Source: a virus (taxonomy: Duplodnaviria; Heunggongvirae; Uroviricota; Caudoviricetes). From it: a stretch of DNA of 64,000 bases. The notes below the pieces were generated by a model. The model was not told the origin of the DNA. It did no database searches and worked only from the letters and a program-made list of their open reading frames with translations. The stretch is taken from IMG/VR virus record IMGVR_UViG_3300006099_000006, positions 22,393 to 86,392 of that record. One strand, 5' to 3'. The first letter of the stretch is position 1. Every line of letters begins with the position of its first letter. The position numbers and the translations under genes are program-made. Shown here piece after piece: positions 16,135-25,700 of the stretch.

Positions 16135-16959
16135 GTGAAACCCAAGAAAAGTCTGGTAAACCGGGCGGGAAAAGCTTTGAAACGGGCGTCGCCAACCATA
16201 CTGAGTTGTCTCGGTGCTTTTGGTGTAGTGGCGACTGCGATCCTGGCAATCAAAGCAACGCCCAAAGCCCTTGAGTGCATCGAGGACGCAAAAGAAACAA
16301 AAAGCCCCGGAAATGGCGAAAACCTGACCCGATTGGAGACGATAGCGGCTTGCTGGCAATGCTACATCCCTGCCACAGTCACTGGAATCGCTACAATCGG
16401 GTGTATTTTCGGCGCAAATGTGCTGAATCGCCGTCAGCAGGCCTCTCTCACCAGCGCCTACGCCCTGCTCAACCGAACGTACCAGGACTATCAGAAGTCT
16501 GTGAAAAACGTATTCGGCGAGGAAGGACATCGGCGTGTTTTGGAGGACATGGCCATTGAGCGGGTCTCTGAAAATCACACGATTTATACTCAGGGATCGT
16601 TTGAATGCACCACGCTGGATTTCTGCGTCTCTGAGGAGGAGCATCTCTTCTACGACACCTACTCTGACCGGCAGTTCGCATCAACCATCGGAAAGGTTCT
16701 CCAGGCCGAGTATCATTTGAACAGGATGTTCGCCCTTAACGGTAATGCATCGCTCAATGACTTCTATAAGTACCTGGGCCTCGGCCCTGTTACGGACGGG
16801 GACGACATCGGATGGTGGGTCGACCCCAATGAAGAAATTTACTGGGTCGAGTTCAACCATTCCGTTGCCCACATCGACGATGGCCCCGAGCGGCCTCAGG
16901 TGGACTGCCTTATCATCGAATTTCCTCATCCTCCGTGTCCGGCTCCTCCCGATTGGTAA
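16135..16959 (+). CDS. membrane protein, paralog A, 274 aa (GTG start)
   Basis: RBS AAGGAGG. Basic N-terminus, a TM helix, then conserved ATPKAL and W.CY.PA.VTG motifs shared with 17539 and 19530. Confidence 0.65.
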   Translation: MKPKKSLVNRAGKALKRASPTILSCLGAFGVVATAILAIKATPKALECIEDAKETKSPGNGENLTRLETIAACWQCYIPATVTGIATIGCIFGANVLNRRQQASLTSAYALLNRTYQDYQKSVKNVFGEEGHRRVLEDMAIERVSENHTIYTQGSFECTTLDFCVSEEEHLFYDTYSDRQFASTIGKVLQAEYHLNRMFALNGNASLNDFYKYLGLGPVTDGDDIGWWVDPNEEIYWVEFNHSVAHIDDGPERPQVDCLIIEFPHPPCPAPPDW

Positions 16960-17004
16960 TCCGCAAAAATGACATCCTCTATTGTGGAAAGGAGGTAAGG
17001 CTTC

Positions 17005-17178
17005 ATGGATAAGAAAGCCATCTTTAGAGTAATGTCCATGATCGGAATGGTCCTTGGGGCGGCGGGAACGCTGCTGTCCAACTGGGCCGACGATCGTGAA
17101 CTCAACATGACGATTGACGAGAAGATCGATGAAAAGCTTGCCGCCCGTGAGAGCGAAGAAGAAAGTGAGGAGCCCTGA
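17005..17178 (+). CDS. small membrane protein, 57 aa, with acidic tail
   Basis: RBS GGAAAGGAGG. The stop lies in the loop of a GAGCCCTGACAGGGGCTC hairpin. Confidence 0.45.
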   Translation: MDKKAIFRVMSMIGMVLGAAGTLLSNWADDRELNMTIDEKIDEKLAARESEEESEEP

Positions 17179-17197
17179 CAGGGGCTCTTTGCTTTTG
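17170..17197 (+). terminator. terminator hairpin GAGCCC-TGACAG-GGGCTC
   Basis: The same module occurs at 7938 and (variant) 14582. Confidence 0.55.
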
Positions 17198-17215
17198 GAT
17201 GAGGAAGAACTGCAC

Positions 17216-17518
17216 ATGAACGAGCGGGCACTTGCGGCAATCGGTCAGGTTCTGGAAGGTTACACGGAGCCTCCCGGACTTGATTGGCCGAAACACGAAA
17301 AAGAAGAGGTCACATTTTCACACTGGGCGCTGGACGAAATCTTGCTCCTGGTGTGGGATCATCCGTGGACACTTGCATCTGAAACCATCGAAGCATTTGC
17401 CATGAAGCTGGAGGTCTTTGCGGCGACGGCCGTATCAGAAGACCAACGGCGGATATTTGCTGTCGCGGCCGAGACAGCTTGGGAGATGCTTGAAGAGGTT
17501 CAGTTGCTGGAATTTTAA
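17216..17518 (+). CDS. hypothetical, 100 aa
   Basis: Internal ATG of track ORF 17114-17518, located after the terminator. Confidence 0.5.
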   Translation: MNERALAAIGQVLEGYTEPPGLDWPKHEKEEVTFSHWALDEILLLVWDHPWTLASETIEAFAMKLEVFAATAVSEDQRRIFAVAAETAWEMLEEVQLLEF

Positions 17519-17538
17519 TGCTTGAAAGGAGAAGCAGC

Positions 17539-18300
17539 GTGAACAAGCAAACCATCGCCAAGGCGCTTAAGGATATTCCGAAGATCTTGAAACGGCATAG
17601 TCCTGAGCTCCTGACAGGCATCGGCATCGCCGGGATGATATTTACGACCATTTCGGCGGTGAAAGCCACCCCCAAAGCGCTTCAGCTCGTGGACGAACGG
17701 GAAATCAAGGAAGGAAAGCGCCTGACAAACTCCGAGATCGTCAAGACTACCTGGAAGTGCTACGTCCCCGCCGCCGTTACCGGGGTATGCTCTGTCGGGT
17801 GTCTGATCGGAGCAAGTTCTGTCAACGCGCGGCGCAATGCCGCCCTTGCCACGGCCTACACCATCTCTGAAACTGCTCTTAAGGAGTATAAAGAGAAAGC
17901 GGTCGAGGTCGTCGGCGAAAAGAAGGAACAGGCGATCCGGGATGCGGTCGCCAAGGAGAAGCTGGAAAAAGCGCATGTTAAAGAGCGGGAGTTCATCATC
18001 ACTGGGAAAGGTGAAACTCCCTGTTTTGACCCGCTTACCAATGCCTGCTTCAAGTCGGATATCGAGACCATCCGAAAAGCGGAAAACATCCTGAACAAAC
18101 GAATGCGGGATGAGATGCAGATCACGGTCAACGACTTCTTACAGGAGCTCGGCCTTGATCCTTGTGATGATGCCATCGGCGACAAGATGGGCTGGGACAT
18201 CGACAAGGGTTACATTGATCTGGACTTCAGCTCGCAGCTGGTCGATGGCATTCCCTATTTGGTCATCGGCCACCACAATCCGCCGAGATACCTCGGCTGA
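17539..18300 (+). CDS. membrane protein, paralog B, 253 aa (GTG start)
   Basis: RBS GAAAGGAGAAG then GTG. Same architecture as 16135 and 19530. Confidence 0.65.
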   Translation: MNKQTIAKALKDIPKILKRHSPELLTGIGIAGMIFTTISAVKATPKALQLVDEREIKEGKRLTNSEIVKTTWKCYVPAAVTGVCSVGCLIGASSVNARRNAALATAYTISETALKEYKEKAVEVVGEKKEQAIRDAVAKEKLEKAHVKEREFIITGKGETPCFDPLTNACFKSDIETIRKAENILNKRMRDEMQITVNDFLQELGLDPCDDAIGDKMGWDIDKGYIDLDFSSQLVDGIPYLVIGHHNPPRYLG

Positions 18301-18373
18301 CAGCATCCGCAAAAATAGCATTTCCTATTATGGAGAGATCCACATTACAATACTTTGATAAAGGAGAATCATC

Positions 18374-18667
18374 ATGGAAGAGAACACTGTGAAGACCAAT
18401 GAGATCGAGGAGTATGAGCAGCCTGAGACCGAGGTCGAGGAGGCCCTGGAGGAGAGCTCCGGCAGCGGCGCGTTCGTCGCGGGCATCGTCGGTGGCTTCT
18501 TGGCCTACGCCGCTATCGGCGGGGTGAAGAAGCTGGTGACGTTCGCCCAGATGAAGTGGGCCGAGCGGAAGCAGAAGGAGGCGGCCAAGACCGTGATCGA
18601 CGCCGAGTACACCGCGGTCGAGGAGGAGCAGGATGAGCCCGAGGAGGAAGCTCCTGAGGAGAAGTAA
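18374..18667 (+). CDS. acidic membrane protein, 97 aa
   Basis: RBS AAAGGAGAA. Confidence 0.55.
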   Translation: MEENTVKTNEIEEYEQPETEVEEALEESSGSGAFVAGIVGGFLAYAAIGGVKKLVTFAQMKWAERKQKEAAKTVIDAEYTAVEEEQDEPEEEAPEEK

Positions 18668-18757
18668 ACAGCGAGGATCGCCAAGGGGAGAGTACCTATG
18701 ACAGGTGCTTTCCCCTTTTCATTTCAACACCGCATTACGTTACAAGGAGGAACCACA

Positions 18758-19369
18758 ATGGCAGAGTACCCCGATAACTCTTATAGCGCACGGGAGCGCA
18801 AGCAGGACGGTTCCGGCCCTCCTGATAAGAAGCTGGAGAAGGTGGTAAGCGGCGGAACGAAGACCCGCAAAAAAAGTGAGGTCAAAAAGTTCGCCAACAT
18901 CTTCGTTCCGGAAGACACCGAGAATGTCAAGAGCTACATCGTAATGGACGTTATCGTCCCCGGCATCAAAAATGCGATCGCTGACGTTGTCAGCATTATG
19001 CTCTTTGGGGAATCCGGGCGTCTCGGTGGGCGAGGAGGCAAAGGCTCCCGTGTTTCGTACCAGAAGTATTACGACGACAGGCGTGATGACCGCCGAGACT
19101 ACGGGCGGCCGAGAGCTGCCGCTGGTTTCGAGTACGACGACATTATCTTCGAAACCCGTGGTGACGCCGATTTGGTCTTAGGTCAGCTTGAGGCGGCCAT
19201 TGACCAATATGGCATTGCGAGTGTCGCTGACCTGTACGACTTGGCCGGTATCACCTGCCGCAGCTATACGGCAAACAAATATGGCTGGACTGATATTCGG
19301 ACGGCCAAAGTAGTCCGCATCCGCGACGGCTACATTTTGCAGCTCCCGAGAACAGTTCAGATCAGCTGA
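18758..19369 (+). CDS. hypothetical, 203 aa (Arg/Asp-rich linker)
   Basis: RBS AAGGAGG then ATG at 18758, in the same frame as track ORF 18698. Confidence 0.6.
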   Translation: MAEYPDNSYSARERKQDGSGPPDKKLEKVVSGGTKTRKKSEVKKFANIFVPEDTENVKSYIVMDVIVPGIKNAIADVVSIMLFGESGRLGGRGGKGSRVSYQKYYDDRRDDRRDYGRPRAAAGFEYDDIIFETRGDADLVLGQLEAAIDQYGIASVADLYDLAGITCRSYTANKYGWTDIRTAKVVRIRDGYILQLPRTVQIS

Positions 19370-19381
19370 GGAGGGATCGCT

Positions 19382-19489
19382 ATGTGCGGATACCACACCT
19401 CGTTTGGATACAAAGGCCTGGTCAATGGCGAGTGGATGCTCTTCACTACCGAGGCCGAGTATCATGAGTATCTGCGTGAACTCAAGTAA
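19382..19489 (+). CDS. mini-protein, 35 aa
   Basis: RBS GAGGAGGG then ATG. Low confidence. Confidence 0.3.
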   Translation: MCGYHTSFGYKGLVNGEWMLFTTEAEYHEYLRELK

Positions 19490-19529
19490 ATCATCCAACA
19501 ACACAATCCGAAAGGAGTATATTTTAACC

Positions 19530-20492
19530 ATGAAAAAGAACGAGCTTATGAAGTCTGCGAGTCGGACTTTCAACAAGATCGGTTTCCAGATCCAGAAGAA
19601 GAGCCCTGAGCTCCTGGTTGCGGCCGGGATCGCCGGTATCGTCGTCAGCACCGTCATGGCGTGTAAGGCCACCATCAAGGCCTGCGAAGTTGCCGAGGAG
19701 GCCAAGGATACCATCGACGAGATCCACGAGATCGAGGAGAAGGGCGTCACCCGGGCCGGCAACACCTACTCCGCCGATGATGCCAAGAAGGATCTCACCA
19801 CCGCCTATCTCCAGACCGGCGTCAAGTACGTCAAGCTGTATGCCCCCGCTATCGTTGTGGGCGCGGCGTCTGTTTCCTGCATCCTGGTAAGCCACAAGAT
19901 GATGAAGCAGCGCATGGCTGCTGTTGCGGCGGCCCTCTCCGCCACGGACAAGGCCTTTAAGGACTACCGCGGCCGCGTTATGGAGCGTTTCGGCGAGCAG
20001 GTCGAGAAGGAGCTCCGCTACAACATCAAGGCCCAAGAGATCGAGCATACCGTTACCACCGAGAAGGGCAAGGAGAAGAAGATCAAAGAGGTGGCCGACG
20101 TGCCTGCGGTTGAGGGCTGGGACCCGTCTCAGTACAGCCCTTATGCGCGGAGATTTGACGAGACCAATCCGGCGTGGAACCGGGACCCCGAAATGACCCG
20201 CTATTATTTAAGGGCCCGCCAGTCCCAGGCCTGCGACATGCTTCGCTCCCGCGGCCATCTGTTCCTCAACGAGGTGTATGATATGCTGGGCTTCCCCCGC
20301 ACAAAGGCCGGTGCTGTTGTTGGGTGGCTGTACGATCCCAAGCGGCCTGAGCTGGGTGACTGCTATGTGGATTTCGGCATGTTCGAGATTCAGCAGGAAG
20401 ACGGTGTCGGCGGCTATGGCCAGTCCTTCATCCTTGACTTCAACGTCGTCGGCGATATTACGAACGACCTCGTCGACCATCAGTATGTTTGA
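19530..20492 (+). CDS. membrane protein, paralog C, 320 aa
   Basis: RBS GAAAGGAG; N-terminal segment SPELLVAAGIAGIVVSTVMACKAT. Confidence 0.65.
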   Translation: MKKNELMKSASRTFNKIGFQIQKKSPELLVAAGIAGIVVSTVMACKATIKACEVAEEAKDTIDEIHEIEEKGVTRAGNTYSADDAKKDLTTAYLQTGVKYVKLYAPAIVVGAASVSCILVSHKMMKQRMAAVAAALSATDKAFKDYRGRVMERFGEQVEKELRYNIKAQEIEHTVTTEKGKEKKIKEVADVPAVEGWDPSQYSPYARRFDETNPAWNRDPEMTRYYLRARQSQACDMLRSRGHLFLNEVYDMLGFPRTKAGAVVGWLYDPKRPELGDCYVDFGMFEIQQEDGVGGYGQSFILDFNVVGDITNDLVDHQYV

Positions 20493-20502
20493 GGTCGGGA
20501 CG

Positions 20503-21020
20503 ATGAAGAAAGTCGCATTGTTCCTGCTTGTCTTCATGCTGGTGGTCAATAATAACACGCCCCCCCCCCCGTTCCATCCATTGAACCTGTACCGGAATTG
20601 ACCGTGCAGGATCGTCACAACGATGATATTCCGTTCACCTACGAAGAGCAGGATTGCCTTTTAGCGGCTTGCGAAGAGTTTGATGTCCCCTATGCGTTGG
20701 CTTTGGGTCTCATTGAGAAAGAGACCAGGTTTCAAAACATTATCGGGGATGATGGCGCTTCTGCTGGCTATATGCAGATTCAGAAAAAATGGCATTGGGA
20801 GCGCATGGAGCGTCTCGGTGTGACAGATCTGATGGAGCCGAATGGAAATTTCAAAGTGGGGTGCGATTTTCTATCCGAGCTCCACGAAAAATATGGTGAT
20901 TGGGATTTGGCCTTGACTGTTTATAACATGGGCCATGACCCCGGATACATCACCAACTATGCCAAGGATGTCATGGAAAACTATGGCCATTGGCAAGAGT
21001 TGCTTCAAACCTACAAATAA
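20503..21020 (+). CDS. secreted lytic transglycosylase (SLT domain). The signal peptide and the catalytic domain are in different frames, split at a C11 tract.
   Basis: Signal peptide MKKVALFLLVFMLVV is in frame 1, up to 20601. The SLT domain, with E..ETRFQ...GASAGYMQI, is in frame 0, from 20556 to 21020. The junction is C11 at 20560-20570. A single -1 slip or one extra C would fuse them. Confidence 0.6.
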
Positions 21021-21037
21021 GAAAGGATGGGAACACC

Positions 21038-21136
21038 ATGAAAAAGTGTCTCAATAGCTTGCTTTCCTACACCCTGTCTGTCGTATCGGGCCTGTTCCTC
21101 GTCAGCGGCATCGCCGTTTTGTCGGCGGGGAGGTAA
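21038..21136 (+). CDS. mini membrane protein, 32 aa
   Basis: RBS AAGGATGG. Weak call. Confidence 0.3.
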   Translation: MKKCLNSLLSYTLSVVSGLFLVSGIAVLSAGR

Positions 21137-21142
21137 CCGGAG

Positions 21143-21292
21143 ATGGAGGGATTCGCAAATCTGGTGTCCATGATGGACTATGTAGTCGACACAAAGCGGA
21201 AACGCCATATCACCGGCGGGCTCCTGATTAGCATGGCCATGCTTTTCGGGGGCCTCGCCATTACGGTGATGAGTGCCAAAGAGGAGGACTGA
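21143..21292 (+). CDS. small membrane protein, 49 aa
   Basis: RBS GGGAGG. Confidence 0.4.
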   Translation: MEGFANLVSMMDYVVDTKRKRHITGGLLISMAMLFGGLAITVMSAKEED

Positions 21293-21295
21293 ACC

Positions 21296-21943
21296 ATGGG
21301 TAAACTCAGCACTGTAATCGCATTCGTCACGGGAGCCGCCGTCGGCGGAGTGAGCGTTTGGTACATAACCAAGGAACGGTACGCTCAGTTGGCCGAAGAG
21401 GAGATCAGATCCGTGAAAGAGGCCTACGCCAAAATGGAGAGCAAAAAGAAGAAAGCCGAGGAGGCCATGCGGAAGTACCAGGGAACGGATGATGAAGCTG
21501 TGCAGGAGGGGCCGACTCCTGCTGTCGCCGCCAAGGTTGCGGAGAAAGGTAGCATCGCCGAGTATGCCAAACGGGTTCAGGAAGGAGCCCCTATGGAATA
21601 CTCCAAGACCGTTGTTCCGCCTAAAGGTGAGACGGCCAGCGATCAGCGGCAAACTGGAACCCCCGGTGAGTTTCCCTACGTCATTTCGCCGGAGGATTTC
21701 AATGAGCTTGACGGCTACACCCCGGTCAGCCTGACCTACTTCGCCGATGGCGTTTTGGCTGACGAACATGGCGTAATCGTTGATGATGTGGAAGAGATTA
21801 TCGGCGATGGACTCAATCATTTCGGCGAGTGGGAAGACGATTCTGTCTTCGTTCGGAACGATGCCAAACGGTGCGACTATGAAATCCTGCGGGATGAGCG
21901 CACCTATGAGGAGTTCCGGAAAACTCTTCCCTCCAATATCTAA
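21296..21943 (+). CDS. membrane-anchored protein, 215 aa
   Basis: RBS AGAGGAGG; N-terminal TM helix. Confidence 0.6.
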   Translation: MGKLSTVIAFVTGAAVGGVSVWYITKERYAQLAEEEIRSVKEAYAKMESKKKKAEEAMRKYQGTDDEAVQEGPTPAVAAKVAEKGSIAEYAKRVQEGAPMEYSKTVVPPKGETASDQRQTGTPGEFPYVISPEDFNELDGYTPVSLTYFADGVLADEHGVIVDDVEEIIGDGLNHFGEWEDDSVFVRNDAKRCDYEILRDERTYEEFRKTLPSNI

Positions 21944-21959
21944 AAAGGAGGCTTAAGCT

Positions 21960-22520
21960 TTGACCAAGAACGAGCTTGTCGATCGATATTTCGATTGGAT
22001 GTACCAGCTCGTGGTCGACAACCGATACTCTAAGTCCTATCACAAGCTGTTCGCCAGGCTGCATGACACGGACTTCAAGTACACGATTCCGATGGACGGC
22101 AACCGGGCCGAAGACGGCATCGACCTCAGATATCGGTTCGGTCGCGAGCATTCTTTCCCCGACGCTATGGTTGCGTCATTTTTGGATGACCGCCCGTGCA
22201 GCGTTTTGGAGATGATGACCGCCCTTGCTATTCGCTGTGAAGAGCACATCATGGATGACCCCGACATCGGCAACCGAACTGGACAGTGGTTCTGGAATAT
22301 GCTGGTCAATCTCGGGCTCGGCTCCATGGATGACGCCAAATTCGACAGGTACTATGTGGACAGGACCCTTGAACGGCTCTTGGAGCGAGAGTACGGACGT
22401 AATGGCGAGGGCGGACTCTTCACCGTCAACAACGGCCGCGATATGCGGAAAACAGAAATCTGGTATCAGATGAACTATTACCTCAGTGAGGTTATTAGAG
22501 AAGGGAGCGTCAGCATTTAG
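21960..22520 (+). CDS. hypothetical, 186 aa (TTG start)
   Basis: RBS AAGGAGG. Confidence 0.55.
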   Translation: MTKNELVDRYFDWMYQLVVDNRYSKSYHKLFARLHDTDFKYTIPMDGNRAEDGIDLRYRFGREHSFPDAMVASFLDDRPCSVLEMMTALAIRCEEHIMDDPDIGNRTGQWFWNMLVNLGLGSMDDAKFDRYYVDRTLERLLEREYGRNGEGGLFTVNNGRDMRKTEIWYQMNYYLSEVIREGSVSI

Positions 22521-22521
22521 T

Positions 22522-22773
22522 ATGGCAAAAAAGAAAAATGTTCCGATGCCCATCAGATCGATGGGTGATCTGGTCGAGTTGGTCAATCACAACTGCGAAG
22601 TTTTTGACCGCCGGACCAAGAAGCTTGCTAAAAGCACCCGGAACCTCAAGGTTCTCTGTGTGGTCACTATCGGCTACGCCGTCTATACGGCAGTCAAGAG
22701 CCGGAATCAGGAGGAACAGATCTATCAGCTTTCTGTGAAGGTGAAGAAGCTGGAACGCGGTGAAGGAGAGTAA
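22522..22773 (+). CDS. small membrane/coiled-coil protein, 83 aa
   Basis: RBS GAAGGGAG. Confidence 0.5.
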   Translation: MAKKKNVPMPIRSMGDLVELVNHNCEVFDRRTKKLAKSTRNLKVLCVVTIGYAVYTAVKSRNQEEQIYQLSVKVKKLERGEGE

Positions 22774-22781
22774 GCGGCTCA

Positions 22782-25700
22782 ATGTTAGACTTCTTGATGA
22801 TTGCAACGCGCAGCGGTAAACGCGGTATCATCGAGATCTATCCCAAGTTTATCATCAAGAAAAGCAACGACCTCATGATAAGAGGCGGCGATTTCTATGC
22901 CATTTGGATTGAGGAACGGGGATTATGGTCGACTGATGAACAGGATGCGGTCGACTTGATCGACCGTGAACTGGACCGTTACGCCGAAGAAAACCGCAAG
23001 CGTTTTGATGACAACATTCGCGTTCTGCACATGTGGGACGCTGAGACCGGCATGATCGACACCTGGCATCGCTACTGCCAAAAGCAGATGAAAGACCAGT
23101 TCCATATGCTCGACGAGAAGTTGATCTTTGCCAACACCAAGACCGGTAAGCGAGACTATGCCAGCAAATCTCTGGATTATCCTTTGGAAAAAGGGGATAC
23201 GCCGGCGTGGGATCGTCTTATCGGTACTTTATATTCTCCCGAGGAGCGTCACAAGATTGAATGGTGCATCGGAGCCATCGTCACCGGAGATTCCAAACGA
23301 CTGCAAAAGTTTATGGTGTTTTACGGAGCGGTTGGGACGGGTAAGAGTACCATCATCAACGTGATACAGCAGCTCTTTGAGGGATACTACACCAGCTTTA
23401 ATGCCAAGGATCTCGGGTCTTCCAGTAATGCATTCGCACTGGAGGCATTCCGTTCCAATCCGTTGGTGGCGATTCAGCATGACGGCGATCTTTCACGCAT
23501 TGAGGATAACACCCGCATCAACAGCTTGGTGTCCCATGAGATGATGACCGTCAACGAGAAGTTCCGATCTGCTTACTCCAACCGGTTTAAGGCGTTCCTT
23601 ATCATGGGCACCAATAAGCCTGTGAAGATTACGGACGCTAAATCCGGTATTATCCGCAGACTGATTGATGTGTCGCCAACTGGCAACAAAGTGCCGCCCA
23701 ACGAGTATCGAACTCTCACCAAGCAAATTCCCTTCGAGCTCGGCGGCATCGCCTATCACTGCCAGGAAGTATATTTGGAAGATCCGGATTACTATGACGA
23801 TTACATCCCCATCTCAATGCTCGGGGCCTCAAACGACTTCTACAACTTTGTCGTGGATTCTTACCATGTGTTCAAGCGGGAGGACGGCGTTTCTCTGAAG
23901 TCTGCTTGGGAGATGTATAAGACCTATTGCGATGACGCGAAGGTTTTGTATCCCTTGTCCAGAATGATATTTAAGGAGGAGTTGCGAAACTACTTCCGGG
24001 AGTATGAGGAACGATTCAACATGGACGATGGAACTCGTGTGAGAAGCTACTATCACGGGTTTCGGACGGAGAAGTTTGAAGAACAGACCCCCGATGAAAA
24101 GGAGGAACCGAAGAAAAAGTCAACCCCGCAGCCTACGATTGCCTTTGCAGAGGGGCAGTCGTCCATTTTTGATGCCCAGTGTGCAAATTGTCCGGCGCAA
24201 TATGCGGGCGAAGAAGGCACACCGCAAAGGAAATGGGAGCGGGTTCGCTCTAAACTCTCCTCGTTGGACACTTCCCGGCTCCATTATGTGAAACTTCCGG
24301 AGAATCACATCGTCATCGACTTTGATATTCCGGATGAACAGGGTAATAAGTCCTTTGAGCGGAATTTGGTCGAGGCCAGTAAGTGGCCAGCGACCTATGC
24401 AGAGGTGAGTAAAAGCGGCTGCGGAATTCATCTGCACTACATCTATTCCGGAGATGCGACGAAGCTCAGCCGGATCTATGATGACCACATCGAGATCAAG
24501 GTCTTCACTGGCAACAGCTCACTGCGCCGGAAGCTTTCAAAATGCAACAACCTACCTATCGCTACGATAAGCTCTGGGTTACCGTTGAAAGGAGAAAACA
24601 GCGTGGTAAACACCAAAGTGGTTCAAAGCGAGAAAGGGCTTAGACTCCAGATCAAACGCAATCTCAACAAGGAGATCCATCCGGCTACTAAGCCCAGCAT
24701 CGACTTTATCCATAAAATTTTGACGGATGCGTATGAAAGCGGCATGACCTACGATGTGACCGACATGCGTAACGCCGTCCTGGCCTTTGCGGCCAACAGT
24801 ACCAACCAAGCGGAATACTGCATCAAGTTGGTGAACAAGATGCCGTTCAAATCCGCCGAAGACGGGTCGGCAGTGAAAAACGACGATGCGAAATTGGTGT
24901 TCTACGACGTGGAGGTATTCCCGAACCTCTTCCTGGTGAACTGGAAGATCGAGGGCCCCAACCAAACCGTCGTGAGGATGATTAACCCGAAGCCCCAGGA
25001 GATCGAGGAGCTGATGAAGTTCCGCCTCGTCGGGTTCAACTGCCGCCGGTACGACAATCATATCCTCTACGCCCGTCTGATGGGCTACACGGAGGAACAG
25101 CTGTACAATCTGTCCCAAAAGATCATCAGCAGTGAGAAGAAGGCCAAAAGTAACAACTGCTTCTTTGGGGAGGCGTATAACGTCTCTTATACGGACGTAT
25201 ACGACTTCTGCTCCAAAAAGCAAAGCCTGAAGAAGTGGGAAATCGAGCTTGGGCTTCACCATCAGGAGTTAGGGCTTCCCTGGGATCAGCCGGTTCCCGA
25301 ACACCTTTGGCAGAAGGTCGCGGAGTATTGCGACAACGATGTTATTGCAACTGAGGCCGTGTTCAATGCCCGCAAGGCCGACTTTGTTGCCCGTGAGATT
25401 CTGGCCGACGTGGCCGGCATGACGGTAAACGACACCACCAACACCTTGACCACCAAAATTATATTTGGCGGGAACAAGAAACCCCAGGATCAGTTCAACT
25501 ACCGCGATATGGGGGATACAACTCAGATTTACGATCCCGACCGGGATCTGCCGTTTGAGATGGGCCCGAAGGAATTCGACGAGTTCACAGCCTTTGACAA
25601 GAAGGGCCGTCCCATCTTCCCTGGGTACAAGTTCGAGAATGGGAAGTCCATCTATCGTGGCGAGGAAGTTGGCGAGGGCGGTTATGTCTACGCCGAGCCG

